The notes under the pieces: model-generated | Databases searched by the model: none | What the model was told of the DNA's origin: nothing | Seen by the model: the letters and a program-made list of their open reading frames with translations, nothing else | Part shown: in pieces, positions 1 to 11,849 of the stretch | Numbering within the stretch: position 1 is the stretch's first letter | Layout of the letters: every line of letters begins with the position of its first letter | Assembly: GCA_051294375.1 (NCBI GenBank) | Contig: CM119263.1 | Coordinates: 14,276,414 to 14,340,413, forward strand | From: Paraspadella gotoi | Lineage: Eukaryota; Animalia; Chaetognatha | DNA: 64,000 bases | Direction: 5' to 3' | Made by a program: the position numbers and the translations under genes

Positions 1-1064
1 CCCCGCTGTACTTGGCTTCGTGGAATCCTTACAAGTGCAGGTGATTATTCCTTAATCTTTCATTGATAAATTCTTTTATTCATTCTCTCATTCAATCACT
101 CATTAAAACTCTTTTCTTCAATCATTCCTTTGTTTCTTTTTGACCTTAAACATTTTTCTAAGTCGAAAGAACAACGTCTCTACCCTTTCATACTTGATCG
201 AAAAACGTGCTAACATGAACATTTGTGATAACGGCGGATCGGCTCCTCTGCTGAGGTCCTTCTATCGAAAGGACAAAACCATGTTTGAATCGCTTCTCAG
301 AAGGTAAAATTGGAGGGATTTTTGGTTGGGTAATCTAAAATATACTCTAAGACGTCACAAAATATTATAAAAAGATAATTATTTTGTGAATTCCGCAATC
401 TACCAGCGGAGCGGACGTGAACATTGGAACCTGTGATCTTCTATACACGGCCGTCTTCCTCGGCGACGTCCACACCTGCAAGATGCTTGTCCAGTCTGGC
501 GTCGATCTCTGGAGGGAACAGTGGCTCGATCCCAACAAGGTCACTGCCAAGGGAGAGCAGAAGGACGCCACAAAGAACAAAGAGAGTTTCAGGTGAATAA
601 GAAAGAAAAAGAAAGAAGGAAAGAAAGAAAGAAGAATAATTTTTATCTTATTCGTTATAAAATCAAAAGCATTAAAACCGTTTTCTTCCCGCCCTCCATA
701 ATCGCTTCAGCATGCTGCACGGTTGGTTGAAGCGACTCCGGTCCGAACCTCGTCGCCTCAAGCACGTCTGCGCGCTGACGATTCGCAGACACGCCGTGCC
801 CCTCTTGCCTCACAGGGTCAATCGGCTCACTCTTCCGCAATGCTTGAAGGTCGGCGATTTAGAAACAAAGAACTTCCTGAAAGAATCAGTTAATTATTTT
901 TTTTATTGAACATCGTAAGGGTATTTTTTTTTTTATCCCAGGACTACCTGCTCTTGAAGAACCCCAACTCAGTTGACGACTACGAAATTCCCATCACTGA
1001 TTCCACAGACTACGGCGAGGAGTGGATCAACAATCTCACGTTGAAGGACAGAAACTCCAATTGA
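1..1064 (+). CDS. Ankyrin repeat and SOCS box protein (ASB family), 3' part; exons ~<1-40, 163-303, 407-592, 711-849, 942-1064
   Basis: Spliced translation gives ankyrin-like repeats (LIEKRANMNICDNGGSAPLL; GADVNIGTCDLLYTAVFLGDVHTCKMLVQSG), then a SOCS box (PRRLKHVCALTIRR...RLTLPQCLK/DYLL) and a TGA at 1062-1064. Introns are GT-AG. Confidence 0.8.
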
Positions 1065-1899
1065 ACCACTCCCCCCCCTACCGATTAACGTCGACCCCGA
1101 AGACGGCGTAGCCGCTGCCTCTCTAACACCTTATTTAAATGTTCTACTGTGTAGAGCGAATGTTAAGTGACGTTCAGTGACTTATTTTTCTTTCCTAATC
1201 CGATATGATCTCTCTCCTTTTTTTAATTTTTAGGGTGGGGTTAAGTTTTGGCGCGAATCCTACTCAGCCGCTCAGGTTTTTTAATCTTTAAAATTGCCGC
1301 CTTTGCAGCTTTAATACGCATTCGTGCATGTGCTACGAACGCATGTGTAACTGTGCCAAAATAATCAGTCTTGGTAATAAAAAAAGTTTACTCTGTAGCT
1401 TAGTGCTGATATTCGATTCATTAATTACGTCTTTTGTTGCAAATGAATTTTAGAACATACTGAAGCACTATTATTTTTATAAATATTGTATGTGTCAAGC
1501 TAAAAAACGCGGTGGAGTTTTAATTTATCAACCTAAAACCAAAAATAACTACTTTAAATTATAATAATTATATATCTGAAAATCTCTTTGATCTCATAAA
1601 TTCTCAAGTGCATTGAATTTTGTCTGAATACAATGTTCTCATTGTTTAAAAATTTGTTAAATTTTTGTATGCTTATAAAATTCGGTTTCCAATTCATGCT
1701 AGATAGACCGGCTAAACAAGTGAAAGTAAGTAGCTTAGTTGTTTCGAATATATAGTATATTTTCACTATTTAAAATTTGTAAAAATAATGCGGAGAATTA
1801 CAATAAACAACAAAAAACGTTGCGAAAAAAGTTTTGCATTGCATGTTGCATTAATGTTAAGAAGTAAGGAGTATGTATGGCGGTTAAGATTCTTATTTT

Positions 1900-4800
1900 T
1901 CACTTTTGTAAAAAGACTTTTGAAATCTGTCTTGGTTTTTTTCCGTGGAATATGAGAGAGTCAGGTCGTATTTCGATGAGCGGAATATATGAAGACATTG
2001 AGGGCTTCCCCTAAATACAATTTTTAAAAATCTTTTTTTCCCTATTTATTAAAAAAAAATGGTAAAACTCAACTGAATATTAAATTACTCTAATTAAACT
2101 AATTTGTACCTCATCCACGCACGCTTCGTTTCGTTGGAGATCCCATTCAGACAATCTTAACAAATCGTTTTCTTCAGAATTCCTGGTGGAGAATTTCGCG
2201 TAGGTGTCAGAAATAGAAAACGACGAAGACGAAGACCCGCAAACGCCGTCGCTATATTTTTTTGTCGTTGTTCTCGTCGTCGTCGTCGTCGTCGTAGCCT
2301 TCAGCGACGATCGCTTGAACAAAGATAATCGTCGCTGCGTCAATAATTCTGCGGCGAACTCTTCGCCTGCGACGGCCTCGATGTCAACGCACTCGGCGCG
2401 AACCGGAACCGGCAAAACGACCTCCGATCTCGACTGGCGCCTGTCCGTTTTTCTGGCCGTCGAATTCTTGGCGGCGCGGATTGTCTTCGAATGTCGGTTC
2501 TCGTAGAAAACCGCCAAGTGCGTCGTCCGGCCGTAGCTGTCGAAGTATGCGGCGAGCTCTTCGAGTTTGGGCTCGAATACTCGGCGGAGACCCCAAACCT
2601 GGAGACGACGCTTGCGGCAGTGGACGGTCAGTTTGGGCGGGCCGAGGCTGGCGACCAGCTGGGTGGGAGTGAAAGGAATCGTTGTGGTCGAGGAGAATGT
2701 GTAGATAAGATAAAGATCAATAGATAGATTACCTTTCTTTCGTTAGTCCTCGCCTTGTAAGCGGTTTCGGCGTCGTAGCCGAGTTCGTCGTAAAGATTTT
2801 CTGCGACTTGAAAATCTGTTATTTCGTGTTTGACTTCGGGGAACGAATTCTCTTCTCGAAAGTCGTTCCACCTTCGCCGCCGCTGCAAACCTTTTAAAAA
2901 CAAAAAAACAAAACTTGAAAAATGTTTAGAGTTAATAATAATAAATTCCCCAATGTCCATAGTTTTGTTATGTTAAATTATGTTAAATAAAAATTTAGAA
3001 AGTTAAATGGTACTGTTTGAAAAAATAAATATAGTTTATCCAAACAATTATCCTCGTTTAGTTCAGATGAAAATTGATAATGTGTGGATACCCACCCGAA
3101 AAGAAGCTATCGTCGTCATCAGGATCAAATCTCGGATTTAAGAGTTTTCTTTCGTAGACAGATTTACGGTGAAGTAAATCGGTTTCGAAACGTGATAAAT
3201 CAGGTTCGAAATGAAGCGAATCCGATGCGAAATGAAGTGAATCCGATTCGAAATGAAGCGAATCCGATTTGAAATGAGGTGAATCAGTGGGGGATGAGTA
3301 AACGATCTCTCCTACGGGGGTGACGACCGGGAAGATTCTAGATCTGTCGAAGAAACAAAAATTGGGTTAAGTTTTTTAATTTTAGCTTCGTTTGATTTAG
3401 TAATTAAAAATCTGTAGCGAATCCCGTAAAAAGTTGATTCGACCGAGCTGGCTTACTTTTTTGAGGCTGAAATTTGGTTGAGACCGCAAATTTTGTCATC
3501 TTCCTTAAAGTTGTCTTTTGTGTCTGCATCAACGCCAGGATTTTCACAGAAAGCATTGTCAGCGATTTCACAATTATCGTTTATACCATTGTCGCAAATA
3601 CCTTCTTTAGAACTTGATACGACGTTTTTTAAATATTGTCCAGTTACTTCATCGTCCTCGTTCCAGTCTTTGTCACGGTCGTTTATTAAGGAGTGGAAGC
3701 TTCTCGGTTCGCTGCCTTCGATATCAATTGCTTCGTCATAGTTTTTTAAAACTAAATTGTCTATGAATTCATCTGTATTATGTCTTTCATCAGTTTCATC
3801 AAAGTATTTTTTGCGCTGATTTTCCCTATTTTCTTCTTCATTGCCCTCATTTTTCAAATCAATACCATGTATGAGATTGTTAGCATCTTCATAATGCTCT
3901 TCTAGATTGTTTTGGCTATGTTGCTTTACGTTGCCATCGGCTTCTTGGGCTACTCCGTATTCATTTTCAGAAACGTCGTCTTCAGATTCTCTGCCTTCAA
4001 TTAAGCCATAATCTTCGTGAACAGACGGAACTTGCTCGTGTTTTTTGCTATCATTTTTAGAATCCTCCTCTTGACTAAGGCCTTTGCATTCGAATTCATC
4101 TTTATAGTTATTCTCCCTGATATCATTGACTCGATCATCTCCGCTGATGTCGCGCCCTTGGTTTTCGTCGTCGTCTCGAAAATCGTAAAGATCTTGGTAA
4201 TTGCTTTCGAAACCGTTTTTATTGTCACTTATATCGGCACCAACTTTATAATCACAGGTATCATCTGTATTCTCAATGCCTTCGTAGCCTACGCTGCCCT
4301 CTACCGTCAACTCTTCAGTTAAGTATAATTCAAGATTTTTAAATTCCTTTTCTTCTTTTTCGGCGATTCGTTCTTGGAGGTCGATCTCGTCGTCGAGGTT
4401 ATCGTCGTTGTCATCGTCGTCGTTGACAGTCTGAGTCGAAGTCAACCGGATTTCTTCCGAGTCATCTGTCGCATCCGCCGACACGGACGCATCTTCCGCC
4501 ACCGCCGCCTCCTCGATCGGCGAAGGAACTCGAAGGTTCGTCACGCTCTTCTCGAGTCTGCCGTCGCCATTCTCGCTCGCCGCGACGCCGCGCCGCTTAA
4601 GGAAACGCCTCTTCCGGCCGCGCCTTCTTCGATGTCTCTGACCGGAGTGGGCCTTCGTCCACCTCGGCGTCTCGTCGTCGTTTTCGTCGTCGGCGTCGAC
4701 ATCATCATCGTTATCGTCAGCGAGGAAGAGGCGGGAAATGTCCAGAATATCCGGAGAGTTACGCGGAGGCAAAGATCCGGATGTGTAGGAGAAAGAAGAA

Positions 4801-4997
4801 ACGATGACTGGATCAGCGACGATATCTGACGATCTCTTTGCTTCCTGTTTCGGCAAATGATCTTTATACAAAGGCGGCGATTGCTTCGAGGACTTTATTG
4901 GCTTGGGCGATGGTGACCTTCGCGGGAAACCGAGTAGATCCTGGCGAAATTTGTTGTAGCCTTGGTGCAAAGCGTGAAGGACGCTGATGTATGCCAT
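1900..4997 (-). CDS. Uncharacterised large acidic, low-complexity protein; exons ~4997-3457, 3344-3095, 2891-2732, 2658-2110, 2011-1900
   Basis: The 514-aa ORF continues in frame through four GT-AG introns to ...KVFLQK*. It is D/E-rich and has a basic NLS-like stretch (RHRRRRGRKRRFLKRR). No family recognised. Confidence 0.65.
3170..3288 (-). repeat. 21-bp coding tandem repeat (about 6 units) encoding DSxHFxS-like heptads
   Basis: Units of the form cgaaatgaag(c/t)gaatccgatt; minus-strand translation is DSPHFKS DSLHFES DSLHFAS DSLHFEP DLSRFET DLLHRKS. Confidence 0.8.
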
Positions 4998-5038
4998 TGT
5001 TTCGAATTTTTAGTAATATTTCCATTAAGACACAGAGA

Positions 5039-5071
<33 letters not shown>

Positions 5072-5340
5072 GAGAGATTTTTATACTCTCTTCGGGAAAC
5101 CCGCTAGACCCGTCCGTCTCCTTTCATGTTTTCGTCGAGGGCGAAAACAACAAAAGAGCACGAAGCGGCGGCGTGAAGGCAAATTTGTGACAAGAGGTTC
5201 TCGGTTCGAATCCGCTTCGTGTATCTCTTTTGCCCTCTCTCGAAAACTCTTCTTCCAGAGAAACGCATCTAGTGAACATCCCGGGATGTAACGTCGACGA
5301 CGAAGAGGAAGAAAACCCTGTTCGCCGAAACTTTCGTTCG

Positions 5341-5565
5341 CCAATGAAAAGTGGAGAGAGCGAAGGAAAAAGGGAGAACATGATCTTTGTTTTCCGATTG
5401 AGAATCAGGCATCGACACTCAACCGGTACTCCAGATTGCGATATCCAATCACCGCCTCTCTATGTCCCCTTTCCGGCAAAGCGACCCAATGAGCCGACGG
5501 GAATTGAGAAGTCCGCGCATGGAAATCCAATCGAAGGAAGGGTTAGGACCGAATCGCCGACCAAT
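5341..5565. promoter_or_regulatory. Cluster of CCAAT (NF-Y type) boxes upstream of the acidic orphan gene
   Basis: CCAAT at 5341, 5445, 5486, 5527 and 5561 within a GC-richer island. Confidence 0.5.
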
Positions 5566-7151
5566 GGCAGAAGAGAAGACATCGTGTTTTTAGGTGGGGG
5601 ATGTGGAAGGTTGTAGTTTCGACGATAAGTTGTTTAAGAACTAAAAAGAACATAAACAAATGTAATAATACCTATTTGAGATTTTCCTATTCGTTAATAA
5701 TTGCCGTTTATTGAATCCAAAAAAAAATTGTAATACCATTGTTGCTCGGACAGGCACATTGAAAAAACCCTTCCAGATCCCGTCATCAGGAGAATCATGT
5801 GAACGAAGCGTGCGATAGGGCTAAAAATCGGGAAAAACATATTTCTTTGTTGAGACCAACAAGTTTTTTCGCTCGTAACGAATCTGATGTTTCCCAACCA
5901 TTACTTTTCCTCACTTGATGAGTTAAAAAGAGACGCGGAATAAGCTTTCCGTTTTCACGTGAACAGGAGTTTGAAATGATGCAACAAAAAACATGATGCA
6001 ATCATGATTCAATCTTATGAAAATTTGCAAATTACTTGTTTCACTATTTTTTATTTTTCTATTTTAATATTTTAATATTTTTTTGAAGGATTTAGTATTT
6101 AATTAGGGTTAGGGTAATAGTCCTTGTTTTATTTACATATATTCTTAGATGCTTTCCCAAATTTAGATGAGATAGAAATTCTCTCCGAAAACTTTTTCAG
6201 TTGAATATTCATTATGAAGATGCTGACCCCCAGGATACTAATTATTCTTTGGGGTGTTAATGGTTTCTTCCACCTACGGAAAATTTGACACCTTATCGAT
6301 ACTTTTTGGTTGACTTCAATAACAATTAAATTTCATGAGAGACAAAAAGAAGCATGAGAGGGTGGGGAAAAAAAAGAAAAAGAGAGAAAGAATACAGAGA
6401 AAAAAAGAAATAAAGAATCAGTAAAAAAGGACGAAAGATTAAAAATAAAAAGATCTGAAAAAAACGTTATATTGGGAGGGAATCAGAGATGAAGGGAACA
6501 ACATTCATGACCTCTTCAATGTTATGGAAGTCTCGATAAAGATTCAGATGAAGGTCGCAACCGGTCTTCGGGTAGGTTAAAGGAAAGTTACTTTCGTGAT
6601 AAGAAACGTTAACTCAATAACAATGATTTAAAAATCCTCGAACTATCATTATCTCCCCCTCTCTATCTCCCCGAATCCCTTGCTGGATATAAAGCGATAA
6701 TCAGCGAAAATTAGTCGAGCGCAGGATTCGTTTTCGTGTTTCGCCAGAATCAGTTTTTGCGATTTAATCCTTAGAAATCTGAAGCCGACAAGGAGAGAGA
6801 CACGCCATGGCTTAGCCTTGTTGTTGTCGTTGTTACTAGGACGGAAAGGTAAAATGTATGAGTTTTGGTTTGACCAAAAACAAATGTTTAAAGCCAGATT
6901 AAACTACTGTAACGTTGTAAGTTGCTGTAATCACTCACTAACAATTTTTTAATGTTTTTTTGTAGAAAGAAAAAGAGAACAATTACCCAAGAAATAGAAA
7001 GAAAAAAACAGAAAAAAAAACATGTGCATCGATAGACATAGACGGCGGCAAGATTGCAAGAGCATAAGACCTTTTTCTTTATTGCCATGAATAGCAAATG
7101 GGAGGGAAAAAAATAAAATTCCTCTGAAGAAACTTGACCTTTTTTCTTTTG

Positions 7152-7153
7152 TT

Positions 7154-7191
<38 letters not shown>
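7152..7191. repeat. (GTC)n microsatellite
   Basis: Directly visible. Confidence 0.9.
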
Positions 7192-7822
7192 TCTCCTCGG
7201 CCTCGTCGTCCGGATGCGTTTCGTGACCAGCGATTCTCCGTCGGGTGCGAGGGTCGGTCGCATGGAGAGCGGCGCCGCCTCTTCGAGGTTTCGCTCCGGA
7301 GCAGGAATCATCGGAAACGAAAATTGAACGAGGATCGAGTTTTTTTTGCGCGGCGCTGATTCGACGACGACGACGACGACGACGAAGACGCGTAACGACG
7401 AAGACACGATCGCATCAACAGTTGTCGCTGTCGACGAAGATTTAAGTTTATGTTTTGGTTTGTTGTTTATTATTTTTCAATTTTCTTTAATTTCATATAT
7501 AAGTAAATGTTGTTTCAGCGAAATCTCAACGTTCAACGAGGTCGTGACGAACGATTTTGCGACGATTTATCGATGACTCGGCCCGACGCTATGGGGCCTC
7601 CAAAACGCATTGATTCCATCTGTTTACAACGCGCCAGGGGTGGACGCCGACAGTGATGAGGCGATCAATCGATCTCGACGGTTCCCGACAACGAAAGAAC
7701 TGTTTTCGAGAATCTTTTGGTCAGTCTTCCACATTCCCTGCCTCCACATCATTGGTTTTTCTTCTCTCGATCCCCGCTTCAAACCCCGCAGTTCATCAGT
7801 TCCACGCCCGGGTCGAAAAACT

Positions 7823-9324
7823 ATGAACAGGCGCCCGAAGCCACGCCCTGACAGTCAAGGGAGCCTCCCTCCCATCGCTAACAAGAGAACGTTTATGTCG
7901 CACGGGGGCGAGGCGTTAGGGGCACTTCCGAACCCCTACAACCCCGTGGGACTGCCAAACGCCCATCACCCTAACCACCCTGGAGGGTTAACGTTTTCTA
8001 CCCCAGGAACCGAAGCATGGAGGAACCAACCCAAGACGGCCACAGAGAATTTTCTGTTGGGAGAAAAGCAGAACGAAGGTAAGCTTCTTTCGTTCTCCGG
8101 ATTTGGCCGAGATGACAATCAAAATACTAAGATGGAATAAACTTAGTCGACACGTGACTAAAAACAACAACCATAACATCAACGATGATGTCAAAGAAAA
8201 AAGCCAACGAAAGTGATCGAAATTTCTCAAGTAGCATTTGATTTGTATATGTATTATGTAGTTGTCTTTAAACTTTTAATATATGTTATAACCTACTTCT
8301 TTAGTGGTTCCCACGAGCCTTCATCACTCTTCTAACTCCGCCTGGAACTCCTCGTCCCCCGTTGACGTCCTCGACGACGTCGTTTTTGTCGCCGCCGACG
8401 CTTTGCCGTCGGATGCGTCGGCTTCGCGGATTCTAAGGTCGCGGACGAGCGCCAATAACTCTTTAGCTCCCGTTCGTCCTCCATCAGGTAATTTGGCCTT
8501 GCAGTGCACATCCACAACGACGAATGTAACGACGACGAAGACGACGAACGGCGCGGGAGCCATCTCTTCGGGATGTCGGGAAGGAAGAACGGACTCTGGT
8601 CGAAACGGGAGGCCCGAGCATCGAAACGCATGGGGGTCGTCGTCGTCGTCGGCCACCAACTCGCGGTCAGCGCGACATCAGCGAACTTACGCCAAGATTC
8701 CCAACGAGCGAGAGGCTCCCGTCGGCGCCGAGCCGCCATCGCCTACGTCCCACAAGAATTCGATGAGGAAGGTCCTAGGTACCGGTGACGTCGCTGAGTC
8801 GACATACTTGCCCGAACTACCGGGAAGAAGACCTTGCCAAGGGCCAGACTCACAGCTTGGACAGGGGCACGAGATGCCCACGCGTCGACCCAAAGAGGCG
8901 GATGAAGGTCCCGAATCCGGAATCGCAGATCTCGGTGAATTAATAGTTTTTGAGATTGCCGAAAGATCCCCACTCATACTTGAACCATCTACAGAAACAA
9001 TCTTTATGAAATAAGATTTATGTAAAAATCTTCCTTGCAGAATTTCAGCATCCGGCCGACTGCACGGAGGAGGCTTCTGACGACTCCAACGAGAGCGACC
9101 GCGAGAAACGCATTATCGATTGGCTCATACAAGTGGAGAACTCCAAAGCGCCCGCCGCAGCCCCGTCCGCTGCCGCTGCAGCGCAAGAACGTCGTCGGGC
9201 GAGCCGGCTACGTCGTGCGGACTCGCGACGCCAATCCTCGGGACATGTAGAGGACGACGGTCTCGCTCTTCTTCCAGACCAAAGCGTGACGAACTCGATC
9301 CGTATCGTTTACGATGGCGATTGA
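7823..9324 (+). CDS. Uncharacterised protein; exons ~7823-8078, 8305-8934, 9041-9324
   Basis: ATG at 7823; two phase-1 GT-AG introns join the three exons in frame. The protein ends REKRIIDWLIQVE...TNSIRIVYDGD*. Confidence 0.65.
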
Positions 9325-11849
9325 AGATATTCTATTTAATTTATAACTTGTTATTCAAAAAATCCATTTTTAACTTTTGTATGACTCGTCAGAAATGTCA
9401 TAAGACTTATTAGGCTAAATAGGCTTAGTCGATCCAGTGGACGTTTATCTCTACGATAAAAGCAGAAGTGTTAAATCTGCAAAACATTGATACAACTGTT
9501 ACAAAGTTAAAAATTTCTCTCTTTCTTTTCTCTCTCGTCGTTTTGTTATGATTATTGTCGCTTTCAATGATAATTCAAAAACTATTCACAAAAGAACGTT
9601 GTTGTCCATGTTATTGTTCCCGTTATTGTCAATTAATCACTAACCGTAGCCGCTGTATGTTAGATTTGTTTTACGATTAGAAATCGGAATGTGTATAAAA
9701 TTACATAAGGATATATTTTTTAATATTCAATTTATTTCGCTCATAAGAGACTGATAATAAATAATCCTTTTAAAACTCTTAAAACGTCGCTGCTTACTCA
9801 TAGTAACAGGCATTGATCTAAATACTAAATGTCTTACATTACGTGAATTAGTGATGACGATTTTAGCAAACACGCTTGTATTAAAGAGACATTTAACGCC
9901 ATGGTTTCATTTTTCATCATAGTATTTAAGTGAAGACAAATAATATGCAATATTCTATTAGAGATATTAATATCATTTTAACATTGCGGTAGTTTTAGTT
10001 TGGAATTAGAAAGCCAGCACCAAAACAAGATATAACTTTAAAAATTAAGAGTAAGAAGAGTCGTAAAAATAAAAACTGGATTTATTTTATGACGCTTGAA
10101 AATTTGAGTATTATTACGAGCAACGGTTTCGAGAATTTTGCCCTCTACTTCTCTCTTCCAACCATTACTCCCGAAAAGATTGTTTTATGGCAACGCCGAG
10201 ACTTGTGTGATGCCCGGGGTGACTGTCTTGGAGTCTACAGAAAGACCCATTGCCAAAGAGTGAGCGAGCGAGCGAGAAGTAGTATAAGCGTGTATAAGCG
10301 TGTGTGATGCATACCTTTAAGCGACGATATGAGCGACAGTACGCAGCAGTTGTGTTCGATAGTAGGGCTCACCACTTATGGCAACGGTGAGACATGTATG
10401 ATGCCGGGGTGTGAGGCATCTCCCAGCAGCTGGCGCTCAAAGCTTTGGACCCGGAGAGACCACCCCATGTCAGTGACGTGCTTATGCCAACACCATCACG
10501 CTTAACCAGCAAGACCGTGAGGGGGTTGAACGAGGAACTTGTGGCAACACATTCACTATCACCACCCGGCTGATTTCAACAGCGCAACCTCGCTGGCGTA
10601 ACAGCAGAGAGTCCTTTGCTAGTAATCCACCTGTAGTAGATGACTACAGTCAGATCCTGCTTTATGTAATCAGTTATCCATTTTTCGTATGTCTTTCTTC
10701 CTTTGCCTTTGTTATTCATTTATAAGAGAAAAAACATTTTTTAATAATTCAAGCTGTTTAAAACTAAAAAATAAGAAAAAACGTTTTCATTGGCATTTAA
10801 TTAATAAATGTTTTAAAGACCAACCTGCATAATTAATTTTCTCTTTTGAAATCATAAAAATGGCACTTTGAAATTTACAAAAAAAGTTTACCAGAGAAAA
10901 ATTGTCTTGAATAAAATCCTTACAAATAGAATGTAACACCCTTAAAGTTTAAGTACAACCGATTATCATGATGAATAATAAATAACAAACACAATATGAT
11001 CGTCGAATAAAAGTAAACAGCAGGAGATATGATGAAATGATCACAAGAGAAAATGGCTTCTGTACAATAGATTCAAGAATAGGTTAAAATTTTTAAAAAG
11101 TCTGAATTAGTGGCACTTAATGTAAATTTGTGCCTTCAGAAAACATGATAACTGTCATTAAATGATAATTAATAAAGCATCTTTAAATTTAAAAGAATTG
11201 TAAGATGTAGCCTCATGAGTCATAATCGCGAAATACAAGATGCATTAGATGAGCAAAGATCTCTAACCACTATTTTAGTTTCTTCACAAAAAATCCGTTT
11301 AGAATCAGTAATTATGAATACTGTACATCAACTTCTTCATGTTTAATAATTAATAGATTATTTTTAAACAATTTAGCGTTTAGAAAGGCGAATGGCAAGG
11401 CGATGTGGACATCACGTTTTACAGTTCAAATACGTAAAAGCTATGATAATACGTTCGTACAAAAATACTCGATTTTTGATTTAAATCCATCAAAAACGAA
11501 ACATTCCGGAAGACACATTTACTTTTGCTACGAAAAGCCTCTAACAACTTTAAAAATGTTGAAATATGCACGGAGTAATTTACGAAAATCTAACTCGATG
11601 ATACGAACAGTGGTTACAGTGGTTATCGAATAATTTCAATAAACGGTGAACATACACGCATACAATTTCAAGTGACGAAAATTCATAAAATGAAACCCGC
11701 ATGAAAGTATGTATACTGTATACGTAATAATGAAATAATTACAGAAAGATTAAATTGTGAATTTTAGAAGGATGAGCATCGACTGAACGAGGATACAGTG
11801 ATGTATGAAGAATCGCAGATTATACAGAATATACACGACTGAAAAAAAA

